From positions 152,044-216,043 of IMG/VR virus record IMGVR_UViG_3300032236_001859: DNA of 64,000 bases. One strand, given 5' to 3'. Under the pieces are notes generated by a model. It was not told the DNA's origin and searched no databases. It was given only the letters and a program-made list of their open reading frames with translations. Of the stretch, positions 1 to 10,385 are shown one piece after another (positions within the stretch are counted from its first letter, which is position 1; each line of letters begins with the position of its first letter). A program made the translations under genes and the position numbers.

Positions 1-48
1 ACGGAGCCCCCACGGATGACACCTGGTGATCCTGGGTTGGAATCCATT

Positions 49-777
49 TCAGTACCTCATCGAGGGTTTGGAGGCATGACGCTTGGCAAGCACGGATGAC
101 AGAATCTTGTTGGTGTTCTGGGATCTCAGTTGATCCGCACGACGCTCCAGCAACCGCTTCTCCACCATGATGCGTTCAATGTCCTCATCGGTTTCGTCTT
201 CACCGAAGATATGACCCATGGTGGTCCCCGCGGTGCCGTAGACCCCAGAGGATACCCCGGCGACCCCCTTGATGGGTGCCGTGATTAAACCTGGATCAAC
301 AAGAAACGACGCGGCTTCTTTGACATGCCCGGTCTTACAGAACCCGGGGTGATCGATGAGCCCAGAGGCCCGGGCACCCTCGAGGTAGCCCAGCTGAACC
401 GCATTGCGGACATCCCGCTCAATTGCGAGTTTGATGAGTTCTGCCGGCGTCATTTTAGCGGCCTCCGTTCCAGTCTTCATGTTGAGGAGAGTACCCAATC
501 CGGCACCAAGAGTCTTCATCGTCGAAGCCGTGGAATCGCTGACCCCGAGCCACTTCGCTGCGATGGCGCCGATGCCGAGACCAACCCCGGCACCAATTGC
601 ACCCTGCATGACCTGAGTTGGAGTCACCCATGGTTTCGATGCCGGCTGCTGGGCAGCGGCGCGATCAATGATCTCAATGCTCTTGACCTTATCCCAAAGA
701 TTCAACGAGGGATCTGTGAACACCCTGTCCTTGGCGTCGCTCACCGCGATCATCGCTGCTGCGGATTCCATGGTCAT
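49..777 (-). CDS. Hypothetical virion protein with glycine-zipper segment and K-x-A motif
   Basis: 242-aa ORF directly downstream of the 1891-aa gene; GAIGAGVGLGIGAIA hydrophobic zipper; KEAA motif; C-terminal coiled coil. Confidence 0.6.
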   Translation of the reverse strand: MTMESAAAMIAVSDAKDRVFTDPSLNLWDKVKSIEIIDRAAAQQPASKPWVTPTQVMQGAIGAGVGLGIGAIAAKWLGVSDSTASTMKTLGAGLGTLLNMKTGTEAAKMTPAELIKLAIERDVRNAVQLGYLEGARASGLIDHPGFCKTGHVKEAASFLVDPGLITAPIKGVAGVSSGVYGTAGTTMGHIFGEDETDEDIERIMVEKRLLERRADQLRSQNTNKILSSVLAKRHASKPSMRY

Positions 778-779
778 GG

Positions 780-3700
780 CTACATCCCCATCTTTGAGCT
801 GGCCAGGTTTTTGGCGAGACCAATACTATCACCCCAGTTCGGCTCCGGTTTCCCGATGCGACCCCCCGTCATGCCTGAGATCATCATCTCGAATTGGTTG
901 TCGTTGAGATCCTTGAAAGCGGGATCCGCGGCTTGAACACGGGACTTCACGAAACTGGGGAGATAGTCATGTGCCATCTTGAGGTTGCCGAAGAACTTTG
1001 CGTTATCTGGGGCTTGCATCCACTGCTGCCATTTGCCTTCATTACTTGACGCGGCACGCATGGCTCCGAGTCTCTGGCTGACCACCTTGGCGCGGTAGTC
1101 ATCCATCTTCTTGGGATCCTTCTGGATCTCGGCGAGGAGGTTGGGGTCCTTCGGCGGCGGGATCTCGCCACCAGCGTTGTTCAGGGACTGATAGCGCTGG
1201 TAGGCGCCATAGGCACCACCACCGAGGACCAGGGCTCCCATGATGGCGCCGGCTTTGCCGCCCATGAGCATGAGCCCAAGCCCCACAGGGATCGCGGCGA
1301 GATCGAGGTTGTACTTCTGCGCCCAGTCCATGCCCTCTTGAGCCTTGGCCTTGGCTTGATCCCACACCGAGGGTTCTTCCTTCTTCACGGCATCAGGATT
1401 GTTTGGAGTCGTCTTCGCTGGTTCCGTGGTCTGTGCTGTCTGTGTGCGTTGCTTCGCCGCATTCGACTTCGCAACGGCGTCTGCCTTTTCCTGTTGAGTC
1501 AACGCAGGAGTCCCCGTGTTGCTCTCAGGGCCTGGAGGAGGGGTCTGTGGGGGTGTTTGTGGGGGTGTCTTAATGGAGTTCGTGTACGTCTTCGCCATGT
1601 CGCCTATGCCGGGGGTCTTCTGTGCCGGTGCTGGTGCTGGTGGCTGATCTGGATTCCCAATCAGATTATTAGCCCAATTCATGACACCTGTAACCGCAGG
1701 CTTGGCACCCTCTGTCAGGGCCTCGCCCATGGCAGCTGCGGCGAGTTTGCAGCCACGTGACCAAATGGCATCGGCACCGATCTTGTTCTGACCGGAAGCA
1801 GGGGGCATCGTCTTGGCAAGAGGTTTCACGGGCTGAATCTCCGTCGGCTTGACATTAGCGGGTTCTTTGGGAAGGGGAACCTCTGGAGTCTTCGCCGGGG
1901 TTGCACCTTTGGTCAGGTTTTTCTGATGGGCTTCATAGGCCTGCATGGCCTTGGCACGATCCCCGCCGGCCTGTGCCAGCCAATACTCGGGGTGGTAACT
2001 TTGTTGTGAGGGATCCCCTGGGGCCACCATGGGAGCCACGTTGCCTCGGAAAGTCTCAGGGAACAGGCCACGATACTTCGCGGGGTTACCCTGGATATGC
2101 GAGACGACATCCTCACGTGTCACCGGGCGTGCGGCATCGCCTTCCCCAATGAATCGAGTCGGGAGTCCGTTGTCGCCAATGATGTAATCCGGGGTGGGTT
2201 CAAATGGATTCGCTGGAGCCCCTGCCTTGGCTTGATGCTGACGCCAGTAAGCCTCCATGTTTTTATATGTGTCGGGGGACTTCGCTGCCCAGTGCTCGGG
2301 GTGCGCGGTTTGGTACCTCGAGATCCCGGAGAGATAGAGCCCTGGGTTGGTAAGTGGAGATTCGACTTGATACCCGCGACGTATGGCCTCTGGGCTCACC
2401 TGGGTGACCCGACCAGTGGTCTTATTGAAAGTCCACGCCGGGGTGTTGTCAGCACGAGGATCCCACTTCGAGGAATCAAACCCGTACTCCTGTGCCTTGA
2501 AGCCCTGAGGGGGCTCCTGGTCGCCGGCGAGATCATGGGCGTTACCCTTGGTGTCGACGTAATACCTTCCCTGTGCAGTCGGGGGTTCAACTTTGTCGAA
2601 CCCATACTTTTCACCCAGTTCCTGCAAGAGTTTCTGGGTCTGCGCGGGGTTCACGAAAGTGTTGTCTTTGAATCTCTCGATCATCCCGGGGCCACCACCG
2701 AGGTGATGACCACCCTGAGAACGCACGTCTTGGTTCAGCGTGTACAAGGAGGCATTGGCTCGTGTCAGCGGTGCCAGGATCTCTTTTGCAGCGTTCTCGG
2801 GGAGTCTTGATACCTTGGTGTTAAAGATGAGTTCAGCGTTGGGATCCTTGGGATCCACGTTGAGACGCTGATACGCCGCTGCCTTCGCGGCTTCTCGGCG
2901 ATCCTCGAGAACGATACGCTGATTCTTCAGGGAGTCGTTTCCAGTGGAATCGAAACCGTACCGAGAGTTCGTGGGATCCCCTGGACCCCCATAGGTCTTG
3001 CCGCCCCATGAATACTTTTCACTGGCGCGATCGCTTCCCCTGTACTCGATGAGGAGATCCCCGAGCCCATTCTTCTTGAGATCATCGATGATCTCCTGCT
3101 TCCGGATCTCGCCACGCTGAAGCATCTTTGGCTTCATGACATCCGTGTAATCCGTGGTCTTCACCCGAGCTTTCGCCATGATCTGTTCGGGGCTCAGCCC
3201 AGTGGTCTCCGTGACCATCTTCGTGATCTCCGGGGATCCCAGCTCCTGGGTGTCCTGGGGGCGCAACAGGGTGCCCAGGATGCCCTGGACCCCTTTGTGA
3301 ATCGCATGCGGGGAGTTCTGGGAGATATCGAAGCGCGGCTTCTCCCCGAACCCCATCCCAGTTGAGAACTCATTGATCTGTTGAGTCGCCGGGGCGAGAG
3401 TTGTTGATACCTGGGATAACGCTGATTTGAGTTCCTCGTGGGACTTCGCGGATTCCATCGAATTGACAATGGAGTCAGTTTGGGATTTCCAGTAATCCTG
3501 GGCTCTCTGAGAAAGCTGGTCCTTGTACTCCGAGGGGAGATGTTGGTACAGCGGGCTAGTATCCAGGGCATCACGAACCGTGGTCCCCACGCGTTCATGG
3601 GTCGCCGCCACAGAGGTCCTCGCGATATCCCTGAGATCGCGATCCCCGAGGACATTAAAGAGCCCCTTGAGCTGGCCTGCAGATTTGTTCTGGCGATCCC

Positions 3701-6455
3701 ATGTGGCGACATCGACTCCCGGAGGTGCATTGCCCTTTGGTTTCGATGTGCCGATTACCGTGGAGATCAGGGAATCAAATGGATTCCCCTCCCCCTTTTC
3801 CAAACTGTCGACATCGATGACACCTGCTTTGAAAGGTTCGGCTTTCTCCTTCATGATGTTAAACGCGCGATCACCAATTGTACTCGCCAACATCAATCTG
3901 AGGTCCGGTGGTAATCCGGCGAATATCGGGTTGTCTTTAACGGTACCATTCGCGAACTCGATTGCGCCCTGCATGAGCTTGGCGTCGACCAGCATCTCGG
4001 CACCTTTTTTGTAACCGGCACCAACTGCGTTCAGCTTGCTTTCATCGCCACCTTGGTTGATGTATGCCGCCTTGCCCTGCCGAACCGCGAAGGCCTGGAG
4101 GGGGCTCAGGGTGGTCCCCCAGAACCCCATACCTTTGCCACCATTAGCGAACGTGTTCTGGGCGACCTCGGCGATCTTGGAGTCATCGTATGACGAGGAC
4201 CCCGAAAGCATGCCGTAGCCCCATCTCCCGATATCCATCGTAGACGAGACGCCCTCCATGATGATCGCACCGGCTGCGGTGTTCACGCTCAGAGCACGAA
4301 CCCCCTTGAGGACTGAACCCAGTTTAACAGCTGCGGAGGCCCCTGTGGCCGCAGGCGCCCCGCCTGGGGTTGACGTGAGCACCCTGGCAGTGGACTTCAT
4401 GCGATCGAGAACACTACCATATGCCTTGGATGCCGCTGCACCGGGATCTGCTACTGTTTTGGCAACACTGCTGCCGGCACGGGCTAGGGCACCACCAGCG
4501 GCCTTTGTGGCCTCAACGGGGTGGGCTACCGAGCTATAGATTTTACTGACTACCTTCAGTGGACTCGCCCCAGGTGGGGTCTGGGCCTGGACAGCGTTCT
4601 GTGTCGCCTTGTCGAGCCCCCGCCACCAGAGTTGCTGGGCACCAAAGTGCGCGGAGGTATCAATGGTCTGCTCCCCGATCTGGAGAGCCGAGCTCTTTAT
4701 CCAATCAGCAACCGGGATGTCTTTGTTTGTGGGGTTGTTCCACCTGTTATAGCAGGCACCGCCGACGCCGGCCAAAGTGGCCATGATGGGGAGCCCGGCG
4801 ATGCTGCCATGCCGGGACATCAGCGCTGATGCCATGAGTCCCGTGTTCTGCGCCGTGTTTCCGAAGTTGTTGTGGTCCCTGAGTTCCCGGTAGAGGTCCG
4901 ACCCCGGTTGGATCTTCTGATCCAGAATGGAGTTCACCCTGGCCTGGGCGGCATCCACGGGTAACCCACGGACTTCTTGGAGTGCGTCTTGGATCTCTCG
5001 AAAATGGTTGTGATAGTTGATTACATTGGGATCACTCCCCACGATCTTCGCACCCTTTTTGTCGATGCGATTCGTGTTGAGATCCTGCGGCATAAAAGGA
5101 GCCGCCGCAGGAGTGCATGACCCAAGTTTCGGTAAGAACAATTCAACGGGGACGTCAAGCCAGTTCGATAGCGACGACGCGGTTTCCGCAGCAGGACGCG
5201 TCCCCGTGCTCACCATGTCGTAGTGGTCACGGACCCTTCGCAGGATATGATCGGCTTCGAGTCCCGCACGGATCCCGGATTCATTCTTAACACGGGTGAA
5301 AACGGATCTCGCGGCATCAACTGCTCGCTCCAGGAACTCTGGGCTCTTCTCGCTCCATTGCTTGATCTCAGCGGGGTTCTCAGGGATCCCCATCTTCAGG
5401 AACTCTGTGGCCATGGCATGCGCGGGATTCAAGGGATCCCCAGCAGCAGCCTTCATACCCGTGACGACATCCGCGATGAATCCAGCGCGAAGACTGGAAC
5501 CGAGCTCACGGGATTCCGGGGAGTCCGGGTTCTCGACAAACGCGGCTAAGGCGGCCTCAGGGTTGATACCCTTCTTCGCGGTATCGACTCGATACGCCTT
5601 CAGGGCCTCGGCGAGATTGGAGGGCTTCCCGGTCCTCTCGGATTCCAGGATCGCAGCATTCGCTGAGGTCAGGAGATCGGGTTTGCCATCCTCTGAGTTC
5701 AAGAGAACAGGGAGTCCAGTTTTCTTGTGGGCGTGGTAGCCCACGGCGAGATCGATGATGTCATGGGAAGCCTTATCCGCGGAGGCCTTGTTCCAGAGAT
5801 CCCCGGTGGCCCCGGTTTCGGCCTGCCATGATCTAATGATTTTATCCGTGGGGGCCCCTGCTGCCCTCCCATTTGCCCAGGCCTGTGCGGCGAAATAACG
5901 CTTGGCCATCCAGTCCTTGGCAGCGGCATCCGGGTTGGGTCCATCCAGTTTTGGGGGTGGTGCCCATCGGGAATCAAACTTGAAGTCGCCATCTTTGGCT
6001 TCGGCATCAGACGACAGCATGTCCACGTATTGATCTCGGACCCCTGGAGACAACGTCTTCGGGATCGAGGTGAGCTCAGGGGCCATCGTGGCGGCGCCAG
6101 CGTTGACCTGTTTGGTGAGCTCCTTCGAGGGAGTCTTTCCACCCGCAATGGTATCAACGAGATCGCTGACCCCAGGGATTCGCATGGCACCAATTGAGGT
6201 CAGGGCTTCGCGGGCCTTATCGGGGTAGTTCTTGATCCAGAGATACCCCGCGGCACCGAGACCACCGATGGCTGCCAACCAGATCCAGGAGTCAGACTTC
6301 TCGTCATCCTCGTCGTCATCAGGGGCCCGTGAATGCGCGGCGAGTTTGCGTGTCTTCCCATGCCCAAAGAAATTGGGGGTGTTGTTGCGGAGTTCCTCAA
6401 TGGGAAAATGAGCACGTCTGGCTTTGACGTGCTTGATTTCCTTCTTGGGCTTCAT
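780..6455 (-). CDS. Very large (1891 aa) putative virion internal/ejection or tape-measure-like protein
   Basis: Ala/Gly-rich helical ORF; ATGA overlap with the portal-like gene; TM-like segments near both ends (WIWLAAIGGLGAAGYLW; AIPVGLGLMLMGGKAGAIMGALVLGGGAYG); two KLAA motifs; Pro-rich linkers. Confidence 0.55.
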   Translation of the reverse strand: MKPKKEIKHVKARRAHFPIEELRNNTPNFFGHGKTRKLAAHSRAPDDDEDDEKSDSWIWLAAIGGLGAAGYLWIKNYPDKAREALTSIGAMRIPGVSDLVDTIAGGKTPSKELTKQVNAGAATMAPELTSIPKTLSPGVRDQYVDMLSSDAEAKDGDFKFDSRWAPPPKLDGPNPDAAAKDWMAKRYFAAQAWANGRAAGAPTDKIIRSWQAETGATGDLWNKASADKASHDIIDLAVGYHAHKKTGLPVLLNSEDGKPDLLTSANAAILESERTGKPSNLAEALKAYRVDTAKKGINPEAALAAFVENPDSPESRELGSSLRAGFIADVVTGMKAAAGDPLNPAHAMATEFLKMGIPENPAEIKQWSEKSPEFLERAVDAARSVFTRVKNESGIRAGLEADHILRRVRDHYDMVSTGTRPAAETASSLSNWLDVPVELFLPKLGSCTPAAAPFMPQDLNTNRIDKKGAKIVGSDPNVINYHNHFREIQDALQEVRGLPVDAAQARVNSILDQKIQPGSDLYRELRDHNNFGNTAQNTGLMASALMSRHGSIAGLPIMATLAGVGGACYNRWNNPTNKDIPVADWIKSSALQIGEQTIDTSAHFGAQQLWWRGLDKATQNAVQAQTPPGASPLKVVSKIYSSVAHPVEATKAAGGALARAGSSVAKTVADPGAAASKAYGSVLDRMKSTARVLTSTPGGAPAATGASAAVKLGSVLKGVRALSVNTAAGAIIMEGVSSTMDIGRWGYGMLSGSSSYDDSKIAEVAQNTFANGGKGMGFWGTTLSPLQAFAVRQGKAAYINQGGDESKLNAVGAGYKKGAEMLVDAKLMQGAIEFANGTVKDNPIFAGLPPDLRLMLASTIGDRAFNIMKEKAEPFKAGVIDVDSLEKGEGNPFDSLISTVIGTSKPKGNAPPGVDVATWDRQNKSAGQLKGLFNVLGDRDLRDIARTSVAATHERVGTTVRDALDTSPLYQHLPSEYKDQLSQRAQDYWKSQTDSIVNSMESAKSHEELKSALSQVSTTLAPATQQINEFSTGMGFGEKPRFDISQNSPHAIHKGVQGILGTLLRPQDTQELGSPEITKMVTETTGLSPEQIMAKARVKTTDYTDVMKPKMLQRGEIRKQEIIDDLKKNGLGDLLIEYRGSDRASEKYSWGGKTYGGPGDPTNSRYGFDSTGNDSLKNQRIVLEDRREAAKAAAYQRLNVDPKDPNAELIFNTKVSRLPENAAKEILAPLTRANASLYTLNQDVRSQGGHHLGGGPGMIERFKDNTFVNPAQTQKLLQELGEKYGFDKVEPPTAQGRYYVDTKGNAHDLAGDQEPPQGFKAQEYGFDSSKWDPRADNTPAWTFNKTTGRVTQVSPEAIRRGYQVESPLTNPGLYLSGISRYQTAHPEHWAAKSPDTYKNMEAYWRQHQAKAGAPANPFEPTPDYIIGDNGLPTRFIGEGDAARPVTREDVVSHIQGNPAKYRGLFPETFRGNVAPMVAPGDPSQQSYHPEYWLAQAGGDRAKAMQAYEAHQKNLTKGATPAKTPEVPLPKEPANVKPTEIQPVKPLAKTMPPASGQNKIGADAIWSRGCKLAAAAMGEALTEGAKPAVTGVMNWANNLIGNPDQPPAPAPAQKTPGIGDMAKTYTNSIKTPPQTPPQTPPPGPESNTGTPALTQQEKADAVAKSNAAKQRTQTAQTTEPAKTTPNNPDAVKKEEPSVWDQAKAKAQEGMDWAQKYNLDLAAIPVGLGLMLMGGKAGAIMGALVLGGGAYGAYQRYQSLNNAGGEIPPPKDPNLLAEIQKDPKKMDDYRAKVVSQRLGAMRAASSNEGKWQQWMQAPDNAKFFGNLKMAHDYLPSFVKSRVQAADPAFKDLNDNQFEMMISGMTGGRIGKPEPNWGDSIGLAKNLASSKMGM

Positions 6456-8332
6456 TGTGGGGCTCCGCCGCCACCGGGTGGCTGGCCTCCCTGACCACCT
6501 TGGAGAATCATCTGCTGGCCCTGTGATGACGCCTGCTGACGGACTTCATCCAGTTTGGCCTTGACGAGGCCGTGGAGATCTTTGTTGCCCTCGCGAAGAG
6601 CCTTGAGTTGTTGTTTGCGGTCGTACTCGGGCATCCCGGCGAGTTGCCCCGCGATCTGCTCGGCTTGGGCAGCCATGCCTCCAAGCGTGCTGGCATTGGC
6701 ACCGCCGCCTGCGGGGATCCCACCCATTGGAGCACCGCCCATTGGGGTTCCCGGTGGAGGTGGTGCACCGGCACCGCCGCCTTGCTGCTGGGCGGCCTGC
6801 TGTTGTTGCAGCATCCCCGACGGGCTCTGGGCTCCGGCGAGGGCGCTGACAGCACCCATCTCCTGATCCTTGGCTGCCTTGTCGTCCTGCTCTTTCTGGA
6901 GTTCCTGGATGAACTCTTGGTGCTTGAAGACCTTTCGGGCTTCATCACCGGCGAGGACCCCAAGGGGTTCCAGGGCAGTCTGGGGACTGATCTGATTAGC
7001 AGCCATGAGCTGCATGAGGATATTCTTGCGTTCCTGGTCATCCGCGATGGTACTGCGTTGGATGCGGACATCGGTTTCCTCGAGACCAAAGTTACGTGCC
7101 GCAACTTTAACGATCCATTGTAGGATCGAGGTGTACATCGCGGGTACCGCTGACCACGCGGATTCAAATAGCCGCAGGGCCATCGGAGCCGCCTGGGCAG
7201 TCAGAGTCATCTGGTGGTACTCAAGCGGAACATTGCACTGATTCAGGGATTCCTGTTGACGAAACTTTAACTTATCCGCGGGGAGGAGATCCTTGCCTTC
7301 ACCACCCAGGAACTGGTAGTTCACGGGGTATGGGGCGGTGTGATACGACATGGGTTCGGCACGATGGGCATTGATGATGCGATTCATGCCGCCAACAAAG
7401 TTATCCATGCCATGTTGGATCATGGGGTCGTTCTGGTTCGCCATCGCCGGCGAAATCAAACGGAGACCCAAGGTGTAATCGGAAGCAATGGCTTGGTCGG
7501 CACGGTTCAGGATCTGCTGCAACCAGAATGTCCGGAAGTTGGAGATCGAGGCGGGTACACCCCAGCCGCGAGTCCGCATCCCTGAGATCACGGGTTCGTC
7601 GACGTGATAGATCATGTCTTCGTCGAAGAGGAGACGCCCATTGACGGCAACGGCTTCGAGGACCTCGATGGGGGTGTCATCAATGAAGATGCGCGCCTTC
7701 GACATGATGTCTTGACGGAAATCGTTGGGGATCCGCCACCAGATATTCTTACGTTGCGACCAAAAGTTCTGGGCGATCTCGATCTCAAAGGGGGAGTAGC
7801 GGAGGACACGGATCCGAGAGATATCGGGGTCCTTGCGATCCCGGAGCACGAAGTCCTGAGTGTTCCCACACTGGGGGCATGGCTTCTTGCGAAGCCAGCG
7901 GACCCCTCGCTGAGAAGTCAAATCAATGGTGTAGTCGACATGCTTGATGGGCTGCTCGAAGTAACAATGCGGGCAGGACAGATTCCGTTTGAATGGTAAG
8001 TAGATCGATAGGAATACGTTGCCGTAGCACAGGAAGTCGGACCCCGCGGCTTTGAGTTCTCTCTGATAATTGAGGTGCTTCTGGAAGAGATCCTTGAACT
8101 CGGACTCCTCGTTCTCGGATAGCGCCGGGAATTGAACACTGGTGATGAAGTGGGCGATCACACGTCCAAAAGCGGAACGATAGTTGCCATCGGTGAGCCA
8201 GAGGTACTGGGCCCACCACATGATGAGCTCATGGTTGGTGGGCATCACCGTGGAGGCATAGTCGAGCCAGGGGACATGGAGCTGACGAACGGCTTGGCCG
8301 CGATCCCCACCATTGACATTGAGATTTGCCAT
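6452..8332 (-). CDS. Probable portal protein with Zn-ribbon insertion and Gln/Gly/Pro-rich tail
   Basis: 626 aa; N-terminus (PWLDYAS..WAQYLWLTDGNYRSAFGRVIAHFIT), GxP.G.P-like mid region and ISPQTAL segment resemble large-phage portals from memory; CPHC...CPQC insertion; lies in head-gene context. Confidence 0.55.
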   Translation of the reverse strand: MANLNVNGGDRGQAVRQLHVPWLDYASTVMPTNHELIMWWAQYLWLTDGNYRSAFGRVIAHFITSVQFPALSENEESEFKDLFQKHLNYQRELKAAGSDFLCYGNVFLSIYLPFKRNLSCPHCYFEQPIKHVDYTIDLTSQRGVRWLRKKPCPQCGNTQDFVLRDRKDPDISRIRVLRYSPFEIEIAQNFWSQRKNIWWRIPNDFRQDIMSKARIFIDDTPIEVLEAVAVNGRLLFDEDMIYHVDEPVISGMRTRGWGVPASISNFRTFWLQQILNRADQAIASDYTLGLRLISPAMANQNDPMIQHGMDNFVGGMNRIINAHRAEPMSYHTAPYPVNYQFLGGEGKDLLPADKLKFRQQESLNQCNVPLEYHQMTLTAQAAPMALRLFESAWSAVPAMYTSILQWIVKVAARNFGLEETDVRIQRSTIADDQERKNILMQLMAANQISPQTALEPLGVLAGDEARKVFKHQEFIQELQKEQDDKAAKDQEMGAVSALAGAQSPSGMLQQQQAAQQQGGGAGAPPPPGTPMGGAPMGGIPAGGGANASTLGGMAAQAEQIAGQLAGMPEYDRKQQLKALREGNKDLHGLVKAKLDEVRQQASSQGQQMILQGGQGGQPPGGGGAPQ

Positions 8333-8344
8333 GGAGTCAGAACC

Positions 8345-8554
8345 TTATCGTGGGCTCGGGTGATAATCGTGTAACAGTGTGGCCTGAGCACACAGGCGCT
8401 GGATGTTCTCGGCGGCGACCTCATCACTTATCCCGACAACGGCGAAAACACGGGAGTTCATGCGAATCGCGGTCTCGGCTCCGGCGTCTTCAGCGATCGC
8501 GGCGAGCACGGGCTCCGTAAAGGCGTCAGCGCAGTGTGGCATAGGAATCCCCAA
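8345..8554 (-). CDS. Small hypothetical protein
   Basis: Fills the gap between two minus-strand genes; weak RBS before the MPHC start. Confidence 0.3.
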   Translation of the reverse strand: MGIPMPHCADAFTEPVLAAIAEDAGAETAIRMNSRVFAVVGISDEVAAENIQRLCAQATLLHDYHPSPR

Positions 8555-8605
8555 TTCAGGTAGCAGCGGTGTCCCAGCGTACCCCGAGGGGCAAACCGGA
8601 CAAGA

Positions 8606-9487
8606 CTACTGGGCGTCAGGAACGATGACGAAAACAAAGTACAGCTTGTTGTCCTTCTCCGCTGACCACCCCCCGTAAATACACTGATACGAGTTCGCAT
8701 CGATCTGGAGCTGCAAGGGGGCCTTGGCCCCCGCGGGGTTGGGTTCGTAGATGGTCTCGGCGTCGGCATCATAGATCAAAATGATGATGCTGGGGCTCAG
8801 GATGATGTCGTCGACCTGGGAGCGCACCTTGCTGCCATCCGCGGGCATGAAGACGACACGACGACGTGGGGGCTTCGGTGGGGGGACGTGAACCGCTGGG
8901 GCCACGGGGGCCGCACGGGGAACCCGCTCAGCCATCACTGGGGCTTCTTCAGCTGTCTTAACCGTAGGAGGCTTGGCACGGACTTCAGCAGCACCATCTA
9001 CAGTCACTGACTTCATCGAGTTAATTCTCTGACCACCCGATGCGGTACCATCTGATGCGAATACCTTCGGCTTGAAACCTTCGGGATCAGCGGGGATCCC
9101 AAACTTATCAACATCAGCATTGGACTGAATCAGAATTGGTCGCTCGGAGAGCCCGAGGTCACGCGAGGACATCACTGCACCCTTGCCACGTTTCGCGGGG
9201 CCGTCCCCACGCTGGACTTCGACGGCACGGGGCTTCATGACCACGGTGGCCCCATCGGGGAGGCCATCCTGGTTAGCGGCGAGGAGAACCTCCTGTGCGG
9301 TGCCCTGGGGATTCGGGGACTGCAGGGTCACGATACCATCGGCATCAGCGCTCTCGGCCACCGATGGTGTCGAGGCCTGGCGATGATCGATGTGCTGGTC
9401 GAGATGGTACTCGACTCGCTCCAGGGGTTCTCGTGTGGTGGGTTGTGGGCTCAGGGAGTCCACGACACCGTCAAATTCTCCAGGCAT
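8606..9487 (-). CDS. Hypothetical protein (293 aa, Pro-rich linker, C-terminal beta domain)
   Basis: AAGGA RBS upstream; promoter-like motif at 9508-9535. Confidence 0.65.
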   Translation of the reverse strand: MPGEFDGVVDSLSPQPTTREPLERVEYHLDQHIDHRQASTPSVAESADADGIVTLQSPNPQGTAQEVLLAANQDGLPDGATVVMKPRAVEVQRGDGPAKRGKGAVMSSRDLGLSERPILIQSNADVDKFGIPADPEGFKPKVFASDGTASGGQRINSMKSVTVDGAAEVRAKPPTVKTAEEAPVMAERVPRAAPVAPAVHVPPPKPPRRRVVFMPADGSKVRSQVDDIILSPSIIILIYDADAETIYEPNPAGAKAPLQLQIDANSYQCIYGGWSAEKDNKLYFVFVIVPDAQ

Positions 9488-9507
9488 GAGTTATTCCTTA
9501 TGCTGGA

Positions 9508-9535
9508 AGTCTCGACGGGGTTCACTGAGCGTCAA
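9508..9535 (-). promoter_or_regulatory. Promoter TTGACG-N16-GAGACT with internal GTGAAC
   Basis: Overlaps the methyltransferase stop codon, upstream of the 293-aa gene. Confidence 0.45.
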
Positions 9536-10385
9536 GCCCTGCGACATAGGCGTCCAGCTCGGGACCTGAGATATCAGTTTGTAACACACGATCCCAGAGC
9601 ACACGTACTCCATGGAGATTCCGCTGCGCCGCCGGGGTTTCCCCCTCGATGTCGGCATGTGGGATAAGGGAGTCGAGGAGCTCTGGGTTTGTCTCCTGCG
9701 TCGAGACTATCCAGTTGTGATTTCCTGCAGTGTTGGTATCAAAGGGATGCAGCAAGGTGTAATCGGCGAAGAACAGACTGCGAGGTGCGACCCCCGCGGT
9801 GCCGAGATCCTGAAGCAAAGTCTTCATGGGATCAATGTTGGGGCGCCCAATGATGTTGATCCAAATGTTCGGGGTAATCGCTGCGCATGCCTTGAAGAAG
9901 TCGACTTGATCTCCGGTGATCAGTGATTTACCATCATAGGCATCGTGAAGAATAAAGTCGTAGTGGTACCTATCACGTGGGCACCTCGCGATAAGGGGAA
10001 TCAAGGCGAGGGCGTCCGCGGTGAAAACACGGAGCCGGCCGGATTCAATGGCGGCGTTGACCTCAGGGAACCCTTGCTTGCACAGGTGTACCGCGACAGG
10101 ATCGATCTCGATGACGTCGAGGCGAACCCCGGGGAAATTGGCGAGTACCGCGATGGCGCCGGCACCACTACCCAGGCCGACCATGAGCCCCCTGCCATTG
10201 TGGTTCATTACCGCTGCGGCCAGCCATCCCGCGGTGTACGGAGACGCCGAGACCACCCCAGGCCCCCCGTGTTCAGATGGGGGCTCCAGAAATGAGGCGC
10301 CCTGGACCTGCCCATTGATTCGGAGCTGCCGGGCACCATGGACGTCGACGACATCGACGACTCCGAACATGCCCTGAGCCATCAT
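9522..10385 (-). CDS. Spermidine-synthase-like SAM-dependent methyltransferase/aminopropyltransferase
   Basis: VGLGSGAG motif I, DVIEIDP motif II, VFTADA, YDFILHDAYDG; N-terminal LRINGQVQGA as in SpeE-like proteins. Confidence 0.75.
   Translation of the reverse strand: MMAQGMFGVVDVVDVHGARQLRINGQVQGASFLEPPSEHGGPGVVSASPYTAGWLAAAVMNHNGRGLMVGLGSGAGAIAVLANFPGVRLDVIEIDPVAVHLCKQGFPEVNAAIESGRLRVFTADALALIPLIARCPRDRYHYDFILHDAYDGKSLITGDQVDFFKACAAITPNIWINIIGRPNIDPMKTLLQDLGTAGVAPRSLFFADYTLLHPFDTNTAGNHNWIVSTQETNPELLDSLIPHADIEGETPAAQRNLHGVRVLWDRVLQTDISGPELDAYVAGLDAQ

Noticed and set aside
1530-1570. Short PPQT tandem repeat
   Set aside because: Ordinary low-complexity linker coding within the 1891-aa protein
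8333-8400. Short-spacer promoter upstream of the portal-like gene
   Set aside because: Candidate -10 hexamers exist (TAAGGT, CACGAT) but none has a matching TTG-type hexamer at 15-17 bp
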